64,000 bases of DNA from NCBI GenBank assembly GCA_964016885.1, contig OZ024747.1, forward strand, positions 28,458,001 through 28,522,000. Direction: 5' to 3'. Below, piece by piece: positions 42,982 to 56,421 of this stretch. Position numbers and translations under genes: made by a program. Numbering within the stretch: position 1 is the first letter of the stretch; each line of letters starts with the position of its first letter. This stretch comes from Eledone cirrhosa (taxonomy: Eukaryota). The notes beneath the pieces were generated by a model. That model ran no database searches and was not told where the DNA came from. It was given only the letters and a program-made list of their open reading frames with translations.

Positions 42982-43455
42982 GTGTAGGAGACACGGTAAA
43001 AAGGCTACCAGTCCACACTGTAAATGTGGTTAGTGTTAGGAAGGGCATCCAGCCATAGAAAACCTGCCAGATACAGCCCTATACAAGCAAGACATGGTCA
43101 CCCGATCAATCTTGCCTCAAGCAGCACAATTCCCGTCTAACCCATGCTAGCGTGGAAGATAGATGTTAAACAATGATGATGATGATATATATAATCATCA
43201 TCATCATCATGATCATCATTTAACGACTATCTTACAAGCTAGCATGGGTTAGACGGGTTTGTCCCATTAGAGGCAAGTTGGGTCGGGTGTCTTGCTCATA
43301 TATATATATGTAAGTATGTATGTTTGTAAGTATATATGTATATATGTTATATGTATGTATATGTGTATGCTATGTATGTTATGTTAGTATGTATATGTAT
43401 GTAATGTATGTATGTTATGTATTATATGATGTATGTATGTATGTATATATACAAA

Positions 43456-43968
43456 AAATATATTAATAAAATATAGTAAAGTAAATGTATTTGCTGGGAG
43501 GAAAAGGGAAATTACCAATATTTTGGCCATAGACTCTTCTTCAAAACTGTAATACTGACTGAAGGAAATAGGTAGGTAGGCTTTTGAGTAGAGTAGAGGT
43601 AGATGGTGGGTAGAAATGATGAACATACATCATGTTGAAATAGTAAGTAATAAGGATATGGGTTTGTCAGTGAAAGTGTCTGTAGATTTGTACTGTGCAT
43701 TTACATATTAGCTAAGTGGACTGCAGCCTCCAATTTTTCGTAGCCCAGAGCCCTTAGTTGCTTTAATTCAGCCCCATCTTTGGGTGTCATCGCTATCTTA
43801 GAGATTGGCATTGATCTATGTCAGAATCTGAACACCATTTTATATGTAGGCCTTCATTGATGTACATTAAGTTTCTTACAATCAGATGCTGGGGTCACAA
43901 ATCCTCTGTAGCCCAGGACCCCTAGTTGATTTAATTTGATTTTATACTTTATAAAATCCCCAGTGGCT
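43456..43968. repeat. Right arm of long inverted repeat
   Basis: Reverse complement of 36952-37650 without the SINE. Confidence 0.9.
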
Positions 43969-44769
43969 GCAGAGAATCAAAACGAGGAACAAACACAAAG
44001 GGAAATAAATGACTTCAATCATTTAATGAAGAAATTTCAGGGGAAACAACTCTTACTTTAAGTACTTGCTCTTGCTTAATCAATAATTTTTGGTCAGGAA
44101 ATGTTTAAGGCTTATTTTTAAACATAGAAATAATACTTCGTAGTGTTTTGTGTTGTATTCTGTTTCTACTGTCAAAGGAAGGATGGTCCCAGTATAGGTT
44201 TAACGTCTCCCTAACAAATGTGAGGAGGAAAATAGAAATACTTGAGATGATGAAACACCATAGGGTTAATGCCAATATATCAGTAAGTGGGAATATATAT
44301 ATATATATATATATTTGAGGAGATGGACCAGTATATAGTTAACGCCTAGCAATAGATGAGCTGATAAACTAGTATATAGTTAACGCCTAGCAATATTTGA
44401 GCTGATAAACTAGTATATAGTTAATGTCTAGCAATAGATGAGCTGATATGAATCTGGTGTCCACTGCTGGCTGTAACCTCTAGGAATACATATGATAAAC
44501 CGGATTACAGCTGATCATCATATTACATCCTCATTATTCCACTATGATAATGTGTGTATGTGTTTGTCTGTATATGTGTGTGTGTGCATGTGTGTGAACA
44601 AGGGTGGGATGAAAAGTTCATAGGCTGACTATGAAGGAGTGATGCTAGAGCTATGAAATCTTGCATACATTCATTTCATCTCTTCTTATTAATAACTGCA
44701 TTGTTTTTTTTCCAGGGACTATGTTGAAAAATAAACATCATTTGGTCATTTCATGAGAATATATTGGTC

Positions 44770-45522
44770 ATATGTAGGTGTTCATGTTGGTGCCATGACA
44801 AAACAGTACTAACACTCCTTGCAAGGTGATCATGCTGGTGACATGACAAATAAGCATCCTCCACCTTGTGAGGTGATCATGTTGTGGACATGACAGAAGG
44901 TACTCAGCCCACCCTGTAAAGTAGTCATGTTGGTGGCATGGCAGAAGGCACTCAATCTGCCATGTGGAGTGGCTGGATTGGTGACACATCAAAAGCACCC
45001 AGTCTGCTCTGTAAGGTGGTTATGGCTGTGAAGGTGACACACTACAAAGCACCCAGCCCAGCCTGTAGGGTAGTCATGCCAGTGAGACGACATGACAAAA
45101 AATGTCCAACCCACCTTATAGAGTGGTCATGAGAGTGACATGATAAAAGCACCCAGCTCAACCTGTAAAGTGGTTGTGCTGGAAACATGACAAAAACGCC
45201 CAGTCCACACTGTAAAGTAGTCATTTTGGTGCCACAACAAAAAGTTCCCAGTCCACACTGTAAAGTGGTCATGTTGGTGATGTGACAAAAAGCACCCAGG
45301 CAACATTGTAAAGTTGCTGTTTTGGTGCCACGATAGAAAATACCCAGTTCACTCTGTAAATGTGGTTGGCCTTAGGAAGGACATCCAGCCATAGAAATGA
45401 AGCTAGAAGCGGTTCTTTATGAATAAGACATGGTCATCTGATCTGACTTGTCTCACAACAGGACAATCCATCTAACCTATGTTAGCATAGAAAAAGATGG
45501 ACATTAAACTGTGATGATGATA
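44770..45522 (+). mobile_element. RTE-tail SINE with ~10 tandem copies of an internal ~55-bp module
   Basis: Repeated AAAAGCACCCAGTCCACACTGTAAAGTGGTCATGTTGGTG.CATGAC, then GAAGGACATCCAGCC and a (GAT)n tail. Confidence 0.75.
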
Positions 45523-45699
45523 TATATATATATGTATGTGTCCATCCATCTATCTATCTGTCTATCTATAGGTTTTGTTGCTTGCAAATGAGTGTTGATA
45601 TCCTACGGGTAATTTTGATTAAACCATTAAAATAGAGAAGTTAATAATCACCTGTGTATTGCTATACAAATTAAAGAATTATTTGCCAAGTTAATTAAT

Positions 45700-45886
45700 A
45701 ATAATTGTTTCTACTTTAGGCACAAGGCCAGCAATTACCCAGTGCATTACTGGTACTTTATTTTATCGACCCCGTAAAGATGAAAGGCAAAGTCAACCTC
45801 GGCGGGATTTGAACTCAGATCGTAAAGGGACGTAACTATGCTGGAAAGCATGGCGTCCAACCCTCTACCGATACTGCTACTCCACC
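45700..45886 (-). mobile_element. Young tRNA-derived SINE with TSD
   Basis: CCAAGTTAATTAATAATAAT on both sides. Confidence 0.88.
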
Positions 45887-46159
45887 AAGTTAATTAATAA
45901 TAATGTTTGGTATATATATCAACATAATGATTCTCTGTAATGTGATAGACATTGCTGTATGGTAAGGGTGTTTGGGTCAAGACATTTCTCTGATCGATTC
46001 TGCTTTGTCACCCACTGTGGTATGCTGAATCTCCCTGATAGTTACGTTAAGGGCTGCAAATGTTGGAATGCTCAGCCACATGCATGTTAATTTCATGAGT
46101 CAACTGCTCTGTTGATTAAACAACTGGAACACTTGTCATTGCCAACAACAACCCTGAGC

Positions 46160-46528
46160 ACCCTTTTGAATTCCGTGTGTCTAACACCCATGGGCATGCC
46201 TACAGTCAGAAAACAGAACAGCTCGGAAACATTTTTTCATGCTTAGAGTTGCTGAAGCATGGAACAAACTACCTGCATCAGTTGTTAGGTGTCAGGACAT
46301 TGCATATTTCAAAACTTCCATGCTTCCCCAAATTAGCCAACTCTACACCTGATATTCCCCCTCTATATACATGCACGCATTTATCTATGTATATCAGGAC
46401 TCATACACTGTTCACTTTCCTGACATTTGTACATTATTCTATGTACTATACATGCACCTTTGATGAGTTGTAGTGCACCTGAGCACTGTACACAATAATC
46501 TCATTATTATTATTATTATTATTATTAT
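46160..46528 (+). mobile_element. CR1-type LINE 3' end with (ATT)n tail
   Basis: RKHFFMLRVAEAWNKLPASVV; related 3' ends at 50590-50818 (+) and 55528-55682 (-). Confidence 0.8.
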
Positions 46529-47124
46529 AACTGATGGATGTCCAATAAACAAATGTTGTCTGGAATCCTTCTGTGTGCAAAGATGCAACTCTTCCAGTTG
46601 CTTTTGAGTAATCAATAAACCAGTTTGTGGTAAAAACCTACCATTTTAGTAACATTAAAATAAAGATATTTCAAAATTTGTAAATAAAATTTTAAAAAAG
46701 ATTTTGCATAAAGTGCTATTTTTACAGTACATCATGAAAAGGATGATAGTTTTTTTTTTTACTATAATTCTTCTTGATAGCTTCACTAGCTTGATTAGAG
46801 TATTCTCAATAATGAACCACTTCATTCCATTCCTATGAACTTTTTTATTCTCTTCTTTGTAAATAGAATATCATACTTTTTTCCTTTATGCACCTTTTTT
46901 TATATTTCAAATTTATACATGGCTGGTAAAATAAATAATAAAAAAAATGTTTAGGAATGGAATGTCATGTCAATTGATATCTTTCTAACTCTATTACTCT
47001 CTGAAATATATTGTTTCAAAATATTCCATACTTTGTAGAGGTTTCCAAGCTCTTCAGACTGGAGATCAACTTGAAGAAGGTGAAAGTTCTCTATCAGCCT
47101 GTGTAACAACATAAACATAACAGC

Positions 47125-47452
47125 CCAACTTGGCAGGAAGGCACTCCGTTGGTTATGACGATGAATCTTCAAGTTGATCCGATCAATGGAACAGCCTTCC
47201 CATGAAATTAACATGCAAGAAGCTGAGCATTCCACAAACACACATACCTTTAATGTAGTTCTCAGAGAGATTCAGTGTGATACAGAATGTGATAAGTCAA
47301 GCCCTTCAAATTACAGGAACAATTCATTTTTGCCAGCTGACTGAACTTGAGCAATGTGAAATAAAGTGTCTTGCTCAAAAACACAATGTACCACCAAGAA
47401 TCAAACTCATTGTAAGCCGAATTCCCTAATCACAAAGCCATGTGTCTTCACT
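47125..47452 (-). mobile_element. Second tRNA-derived SINE family
   Basis: tRNA-like head followed by TTGAGCAAGACACTTTATTTCAC; second copy at ~59120-59415. Confidence 0.7.
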
Positions 47453-50400
47453 ACAGCCCAACATAACATGAACATAACAACATAGCATTATAATATAATA
47501 TTAGTTATATAACAGCATAACAATATAATAATATAACTATATAATATTATAATAGCCATATATTAACATACCAACACAACATAACAGCAACTTAAGATAA
47601 TACAGTAATAATATAATTGATTCTTACTTACAAATAAATAATTCCAGTTTATATTTCTATCTTTGGTAATTTGTTGTACACTTAATTCTATGTTCTTATC
47701 AGTTGTGGCAGTTATCTACATACGCTAACTTCATTGTTGTTAATGCTGCTGAGGTATTGTGGTTGTTGCTGCTGCTGTTGCCATTGATGATAATGATGAT
47801 GATGTTATTGCTGTTGTTTTCTTCCAATATTGCCCTGATCCAACAGGCAGATCTGTAACAACTAATATCAGCACTACAAAATAAACTATCTAGACTAATG
47901 GTAGATGTTGCTGACAGAAATGGATGTTTTGCTAAGTTGAAATATCTCAGGAAGTTCACTGAAGAGAAATAAATATTGATTGTTTCAAGATTTTTAGATA
48001 ATCTAAAGACTGAGGAATTAATGTTCTGTATCACATGAAACCACATTAGCCAGATGTTCTTGAATTAATTAACAAACTCATTTTTAGATATTTTCTGCTA
48101 AATATGGATGTTAAATGTTAAAGACAGCCATATTACCAATGTTCCCTTCTGTCTTGATAATCTAACATTGTGCCATTCCTAATCTTTTCTTTCTGATAGA
48201 TCACAAAAAACCCTTTAGTTTATCAATAAAGATAACATTCATATAAAAACATTATCCAACATTGTTAGCACATTTTACCTCAGCTGTGAACAGTTGCATC
48301 GGGAATTATAGAAACCAATGACTCTGACCAATCAATTTATAGAAAATATCAATGTTGTTTGTGACACATGGATGTGTCTTGTAATGTCTTCACAATATTC
48401 TAAATAATCATATGTGTTGATGGATCAAGGTGGAGTTGGAAAGCTGCTGCCTTAATTACACACTCACCTGTGGGTCTTACAATAGGGTTACTAACCATGA
48501 AATATTTATGTAGATTTCTATTGAAAGACTCAACTAATTAAAGAATTAAAGCAGCAGCTTTCTAGTTTAAATGTGTTTAATCAATCAATAATTGCTAGAA
48601 GGATCTATTATATTCCCCATCACATTTAATCAGAAGTATGTAACAACAATGATATATGTAATATATATGTACATTTTTTTCTATACATAATCCTACCAAA
48701 CACTGAAATAAAAGCAAATGAATGCCTAAACAGTACAATTACAATTCCATAACATTTAATACATTCAAATTACATCAACTACAAGCAAATTTATGCACCA
48801 AATACATTTCTACAGCATCTCTAAACATAACTACAACACATCTAAACAACTACAACACATCTAAAAACTACAACACCTCTGAATATTATTACAAGACTCG
48901 TAAAAACTACAACAGCTCTCCCTATCACTTCTAAACACTATTATAACACTTTTAAACACTGCCATATTACCTCTAAACACTATTGCAACACATCTAAACA
49001 CTATCACACCTCTGAACACTTCTGTATCATATCTAAACACTCTAAATACAATACATCCACATACGTACATTACATACATACAAACAAATTTGATAATGAT
49101 GTGTATTTTTGAAAATCTACCTATATTTTCATTAAAAAAAACTATAATTTATTTTGTATGGACTTGTGCACAGTAAACTTGCATGCATATATAGAAAAAA
49201 ACAACAAATCTTTATTATTGTTTTCCCTATATATATATACAAAACAAAAAATGTTTGTTTGGGTGTGTTGATCATGAGTCGATGTGCGATGGATGTTGAA
49301 TGAGTTTAAGTGATTTCCCTAATGTATTGATATCGAGATGACTAGGGACTAACAAGGAAACAAGATTGCGAATTAAATATTTATTTGTAGCTATGGAATA
49401 CTACAAATCCATGTAATAAACAATAACACATCAGAAATATAGAACACTTTAAAATAACAACATGTATAATGTTTTCATTAGCATGCTGTTAAACAGCATA
49501 ACATGGTAATTCAACAAATACTATCGCCATTATCAAGAGTTGGACAATATATCAATAAAATAAGCAGCATACCAAAATAAATAATGGAGTCAATAAGATC
49601 AACTAAAACCATTGATGGTGATACCCCAGCATGGCAGCAATCTAATGATTGAAACCAGCAAAATAATGGAAGACCTGTGTGTCAATATATATTCAAGAGG
49701 AAAACACAGTGGGACAAAAAAAAAAAAAAAAAAAGAAGCATACTGATATGAACCAGTACTGACAGGAAAATTTTTACAATTGAATGCAACACAAATGTGG
49801 TAGTAACTGTTGGAATGAATGAAGTAAATTAATTTAATATGAGTGTGTCTGTGAAAGATATACATACTTACCAGGTCCAAACATAAAGGAACCATCTAAC
49901 AACCAAAGAAGATGGTTTATAATAGTAAATCCTGAGATTAACTCTACCATTTCTCAAAACTATATCCTTCTTTCCCAAGATCTAAATTTTGTCAATGAAA
50001 CAGCAGGAAACTAATTAACTCTAAAATCCTGTACCATGTAAAACTACATTAAACATTTGAATTAACAAACCACATGAAACCATATTTGCAAGACTTTCCG
50101 GAAAAGTATGAAGCACATCTATGTTTGTATTACATTAAAAAGTAGAGTCTTTATACTAATACTGCACATTTTCATAATGACCTGTCTACTAGTAAACTAT
50201 AAGCATTTAGTAGTATAGTTAATACAAAGCATTGAGATATGTAATAAAAGACTGATGTAGACCAGTTAAGGAAGAATAGATCAATCATTCATTTTTGTTT
50301 TGAATCGTTTCTGAGCATTACTTTGTTTTATTTATCCTCTTTGCCCTTTAAATATTTCTACCACATTGTATTGGCTTACTAAAACTTATCAATCTTTTAT

Positions 50401-50780
50401 TATATAAGCATTTAAATTTTGTAAGTATATATGAGTTTGATGTAAGCTCCTTCGACACAGGTTTTTCGACTTAAAAATAGTTGAACAAATTGGGTATATA
50501 AGCCCCAAGAGACAGAAAAGGATGGACAGAATCACTTGATTTCATGAAGTGTGGAACAAATTTTTAATTTTTAATGTATGTTTGCATAAACCACCAGCAT
50601 CGGTTGTTAGCCGTCGAGACACTGCATCCTTCAAAACTTCCATGCTTCCCGAAATTCGCCAACACTACACCTGATATTCCCTCTCCATATATACGCATGT
50701 ATGTTCACTTTCCTGACGTTTGTACATTATTCTATGCACATTTGATGAGTTTTAGTACACCTGAGCACTGTACTCAATTT

Positions 50781-50818
<38 letters not shown>

Positions 50819-51689
50819 ATGTAAGCTGCTTCAATGCAGGTTTTTAACTATGAAAAATTGTTTAAGTTGGGAATATAAACTCTTAGAAATGGAAAAATGA
50901 GGACAGCTTCACCAACAAACCTGTTTTTAAATATTTTTTGCTGATTCATTACAGGGGGTTAAGGGTTAAATGGAATCCAGTCAAGAGACAAAAGCAATAT
51001 ATGAAATTCTAAATCTCTAGATGTATGCTCAGGCAGAGAATTGGCAGAAACATTACATCAGATAAAATGCCTTGTAATATTTATTCTGATTCCTTGCATT
51101 CTGAGTTCAAATCCCACTAAGGTCAGCTTTGCCTTTAATCCTATAAATAAAGAACTAGTCTCATGTGGAGGATAGGCAGAATTGTTAGAGCATTGGATGG
51201 GGTGCCTTGCAGTATTTGTTCTGGCTTTTTTGCTGTTCTGAGTTCAAATCTTGCTGAGGCCTATTTGAGTTGTAGACTTAATCCATTATCCAGTTTAACA
51301 CCTCCATCTGGACCCTGAATGGTGTTACCATGTATGTATGATCCCGTAACTCCTGATAGAGTGATAGGGGTGCTGTATTGACATACAGCATTTCTTAAAC
51401 TGGGTGAAAAACAGGAATATTCCCTCTAATAAGCTTCTACACAATTTTTATCTAACAAATATCACCTACAATCTCCCTCTCTCTCTATTATATTATTCAA
51501 ATATAACAACAACAAAAACAATAATTTATATATATTAGAAAAGGGAATTATTTAATTTTATTTTATTTTTCTTTGATATAAAAATGTGAAGTTTTCACAA
51601 TTAATATCACCATATGAATATTTTCCATATCACCATACTATTATATTTAATACCATAATATGATATATGAATATATGAACATTATCAAT

Positions 51690-51945
51690 ACTGTTGTATG
51701 AATATATTTAATATCACAATATGAATATATTTAATATCACGATATGAATATATTTAATATCACAATATGAAAATATTTAATATCACGATATGAATATATT
51801 TAATATCACAATATGAATATATTTAATATCACAATATGAATATATTTAATATCACCATATGAATATATTTAATATCACGATATGAATATATTCAATATCA
51901 CAATATGAATATATCAATATGAATATATTTAATATCACTATATGT
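51690..51945. repeat. 23-bp AT-rich tandem repeat
   Basis: (ATATCACAATATGAATATATTTA)n, ~10 copies. Confidence 0.9.
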
Positions 51946-52334
51946 CATATGAATATGGATATATATAATATCCGTATAGCCTATACAAATATAATATCCT
52001 CATATTAATGCAATTAATATCGTCATATGCAATCTGAACATATTTGATATCACCATATAAATATATGTGATATTGTCCTATTAATATGATGTCCTCATAT
52101 AAATATAATTGATCCTGTCATATGCCATATAAATATAGTTGATATCACCATATTTGATATCATTATACACCAGATATATCCATGTGAGCAGCTTTACATT
52201 TCGTTTGGTTTCGATTTGACTTTTTTTTTATTTTTTTTTTTATTTTAAATTTATTTTGTGACTTTATTTTTTTTCTTTCAAATCTCCCTTTGGCTTCCCT
52301 GCCCCAGCACATGAAATGGCAATCAGCCTCGATA

Positions 52335-52472
52335 TCACATGGAGTAACTTCCAAATAAGCCCTTCATTTGTGTGTCTGCATCTAGTAGTGGTGTTCTTTC
52401 TTCCATTTGCAGTTTGAGCAGAATATATTCCTTGAGATCTTCAAATATTTTAATGAAAAACAGCAACAAGCC
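52335..52472 (-). CDS. SLC18B1: SLC18B1-like paralog 1, terminal coding exon
   Basis: aag|GLLLFFIKIFEDLKEYILLKLQMEERTPLLDADTQMKGLFGSYSM*; EERTPLL dileucine-type motif. Confidence 0.8.
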   Translation of the reverse strand, partial: GLLLFFIKIFEDLKEYILLKLQMEERTPLLDADTQMKGLFGSYSM

Positions 52473-52824
52473 CTTGAAAAAGAAATAGAGTGATGATCAT
52501 CATCATTACAACCATTATCATCATCACTGTCAATGTCTTGTTATCATTGCATTACACAACACAAAGTACACAAACACCACACAACTCACACAACACAAAT
52601 GAAACACTAAAATAACAACAAAGATAACCACACAACACATATAAAACTAATGTTGCATAATACACAGTTCTATATTTTCCAAAGACATTTCTGAACACAT
52701 CCTCAGAAACATGGAGATGCATTTGGTAATGCAGCAGAAATTTACATAAAATCATTGAAAACACGATGGATGATAATTCGACTAAATTGACCACAGTACT
52801 TGACTGATACTTTATTTTATTGGT

Positions 52825-53175
52825 GACACGACAAAGGTGCCCAGTCCACTCTGTAAAAAACATCCAGCCCGCACTGTAAAGTGACTGTGTAGGTGTCACG
52901 ACAAAAAGCACCCAGCACACATTTACAATGTGGTTGGCATTAGGAAGAGCATCCAGCCGTAGAAAACCAGCCCCACACTGTAAAGTGGACGTGTAAAAGA
53001 CATGGCAAAAAGCACCCAGCACACACTGTCACTGTGGTTGACGTTGGGAAGGGCATCCAGCTGCAGAAAACCAGCCAGAAACTCTCCTAAATGAGCGAGA
53101 CACAACTTGCCTCTAAATGGGACAAACCCATCTAACCCATGCTAGCGTGGATGATAGATGGTGATGATGATGACC
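52825..53175 (+). mobile_element. RTE-tail SINE with internal module duplications
   Basis: GCACCCAG..CTGTAAAGTG modules, GGCATCCAGC, (GAT)n tail. Confidence 0.7.
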
Positions 53176-53477
53176 CCATAAGGATGAAAGGCAAAGCTAA
53201 CCTCAGGCACAAAGCCAATAATTTTGATGGGAAGGGGAAAATCAATTATACTGACCCCAGTAATTGACTGGTACTTTATTTTATTGCACCTGGAAGGATG
53301 AAGGGAAAAGTTGACCACAATGGGATTTAAATTCAAAATGTAAAAACCAGAACAAATACTGTGAGGGATTTTTCCTGATATTCTAACAATTTTACCAATC
53401 CACTGTCAAGATGATAAGGATAATAACAATCAAAACTACAAATAATAAATGAAATGAACGTGTTAAGCACTACTTAC

Positions 53478-53571
53478 AGCAGAGAAACATCCAATGGCCA
53501 TGTAAGTTGTACACCACTGGAAATTAAGTTTGTCCATAAGAAACCCACTTAAAGATGGTCCGACAAATTCT
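53478..53571 (-). CDS. SLC18B1: SLC18B1-like paralog 1 exon
   Basis: cag|..|gtaag, 94 bp; EFVGPSLSGFLMDKLNFQWCTTYMAIGCFSA. Confidence 0.9.
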
Positions 53572-53974
53572 CTGAAACAATGGAAATGTTGAGAAATATG
53601 AAATGCTAGAATCTTTTTCAAAACACTGACGTGTATATGTATGTGCATATGCATACATTTATATGTATGAGTATATAAATATAAACATGCAAACACAGAC
53701 ACACTTACAAAAATACACTCAGACATACTTTCACACACACATACATTCACACAAACACACAAACACGCTATTTTGTTATTGGTTTTTTCACCATCCCAGT
53801 CCTTCCTTTTACACACACACACATACATTCACACATACAGCAGACATAAAGAGAGGGGAGTAGTATAAGGTAGTTAAACTACTGCTCTCTCTTTACATGT
53901 GACAGATCACAGAAATTTATATATAGATGGACACTACTAAAGTCTCACTTCACTTGTTTCCTCTTTCTTTTATC

Positions 53975-54660
53975 TTTCTGCTGGTACCATTGGAGGAGTC
54001 ATAAGGAGAAAGAAACTGTTGTTTTATAGCCTGTCCTGGCATGGTGTCACAGCTGCTCCCCTTAGTAGTGTGGCTGGAAGAAATAGGCCATTGTTATGTA
54101 GTGAGGTAGAAGGCTATCCTGGCTTAGTGTCCACAGCTGGTACATTTGGTGGTGTTGTGGGAAGATAGTGAGGTGAAAGGTCTGGCATGATGTCACAGCT
54201 GGTACCTTTGGTGGTGTTGTGGGAAGATAGTGAGGTGAAAGGTCTGGCATGATGTCACAGCTGGTACCTTTGGTGGTGTTGTGGGAAGATAGTGAGGTGG
54301 AAGGTCTGCTTGGCATAGTGTCCACAGCTGATACTTTTGGTGGTGTCATGGGGAGAAAGAGGTTACTATTCTGGGGTAAGGTAGAAGTCCTGTCCTGGCT
54401 TAATGTCACAGTTGGTACTCTTGATTGTGTCGTGGGGGAGATAAGCCATTGTTCTGGGCTGAGGTAGAAGGTCTGTCCTGGTGTAATGTCCTAATTTATA
54501 CCCTTGGAGAGGTGGTGGAAAAAAGTGACATTGTTCTGTAGTGAGGTGGAAGGCCTGTCATAGTGTGATGTCACAACTGGTACTTTAGTGGGGTGGTAGG
54601 AAGAAAGACACTGCTGTTCTGTAGTGTGATTGAAGTCCTATCCTGGCATGATGTCATGTG
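53975..54660. repeat. Diverged 62-80-bp minisatellite
   Basis: Repeated GTCACAGCTGGTACCTTTGGTGGTGTTGTGGGAAGATAGTGAGGTG. Confidence 0.85.
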
Positions 54661-54767
54661 ACTAAGGTTTCCTTGACATCATAAATCCATTTCTTCCTAG
54701 GTCAGCTTCTGGCCTTGGGTAACCAAACAACTTTGTGTTATACACACAATGGGCTGATGGGTAGATT

Positions 54768-54972
54768 AGTTGGTTGTTTGGTTGGCAGGGTGGTTGGTAA
54801 ACTGGTTGGTAGACTGGTTGGTAGGTTGGTTGGTTGGTAAGCTGCTGGTAGGTTGGCTGGTAGGGTGGTTGGTAAACTGGTTGGTAGGTTGGTTGGTAGG
54901 GTGGTTGGTAGGGTGGTTGGTAGGCTGGTTGGTAGGTTGGTTGGAAGGTTGGTTGGTAAGCTGGTTGGTAGC
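54768..54972. repeat. (GGTTGGTAGGNT)n 12-bp repeat
   Basis: Direct inspection. Confidence 0.85.
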
Positions 54973-55413
54973 ATTCTCGTGATGTGTTTGAATCATTGTA
55001 CTCCTCGGTTGACACTGGTCTTGTGTGACCAAACATCCTTGTGTTATATGTATAATAGGTTAGTTTGTCAATTGGTAGGATGACATTCTTGTGATATGTC
55101 AAATTCATCACACTCTTTGTTGTTGTATGTGACAATAGATTTATGTTATAATTCACTCTAAATCTATATTTATCATGACAACACACAAAATCAGGATTTA
55201 CTGATACTGAGTTTCTTGCAAAACACCATATCAGATTCTTCTTTTATCATCGTTTTTATGTCTATTTTTCTATGCTTGCATTGGGTTGGACTCTTAGTAA
55301 GGAATAATATATGACAAGAATAAAATCAGTGTGAATCTATATGTAACATATTTAAATAAGTATGAAAAACCATAAAGCAATAATACAGTAAAGAAAAAAA
55401 TTCTGTTACATAC

Positions 55414-55488
55414 CCAAATGCGTACATTGATCCCCAAATACCAGATACTAGTCCATAAGTACTGGAACATTTTTGTAGTCCTGCTTCA
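55414..55488 (-). CDS. SLC18B1: SLC18B1-like paralog 1 exon
   Basis: tag|..|gtatg, 75 bp; EAGLQKCSSTYGLVSGIWGSMYAFG. Confidence 0.9.
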
Positions 55489-56325
55489 CTAAAATAATGA
55501 AACAATATGTAAAAAAAAAAAAAAAATGAAATTATTGTGTACAGTGCTCAGGTGCACTACAACTCATCAAAGGTGCATGTATAGTACCTAGAATAATGTA
55601 CAAATGTCAGGGAACTGAATAGTGTATGAATCATGATATACATGTGTGCATGTGTATGGAGGGGGGATATCAGGTATAGTGTAATCATCATAAGTTTTTA
55701 TTTTTAAATATCCAACAATATTAAGTAATAACTGACAGTTTAATCAAAAACAACTGCCATATATTAAAGATCAATATGACATTTTTTATGTTTTATTTAT
55801 AAGTTTTATATATACACAAATAATATATACTGTACTTAATTATATAAATTTAACAAATGTATAAAATTACAAAAATGGAATATTTTACTCATATTTTGAA
55901 GATAAACAATATTTATCATATAGCATAGGTTTTAAAAAAGTTGGGGCACCACCTTCACTAACTCTCTCTCTCACATACACATACACATTCATAGCATCCC
56001 CTTCCACCACGTGACTGACTTTTTATGCCAAAGATACAACTTTAATATAATATATGCTTTTAGGAATTTGGAGAAAACTCCAGACAATCTATAGAAAATC
56101 TGGGGATAAAAATCAGGGAATGTGGGGGTAGAAAAAATAGGGAAATTAGAACAAAAACCCAGGGAGTTTGGAGATAGAATCTGGGGAATTTGAGGATAAA
56201 AGCTAGTGAAATGTTCACTAAAAAACAGTGAATTTGTAGATAGAAGCCTGGAAAATTGGAGATAAACCCAGGGAATTTTGGTATAAAACCTTTTGAATAT
56301 GTAGATAGAAAGCAGAACTACTCAC

Positions 56326-56421
56326 AGAGCAAGTTCTAGAAGCATGTCATATGTTGGTAAAACTGTGAGACTTACAAATATACCAAGTAATGCTAGACAT
56401 ACAATATTCAACCACAGAAGA
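56326..56421 (-). CDS. SLC18B1: SLC18B1-like paralog 1 exon
   Basis: cag|..|gtgag, 96 bp; LLWLNIVCLALLGIFVSLTVLPTYDMLLELA. Confidence 0.9.

Noticed and set aside
44770-54660. Regularly spaced repeats suggesting CRISPR arrays (44770-45370, 53975-54660)
   Set aside because: No unique spacers, no cas genes, eukaryotic context
54662-55186. QPTYQPAY repeat protein ORF
   Set aside because: 12-bp tandem repeat in an intron; the flanking exons join in phase without it
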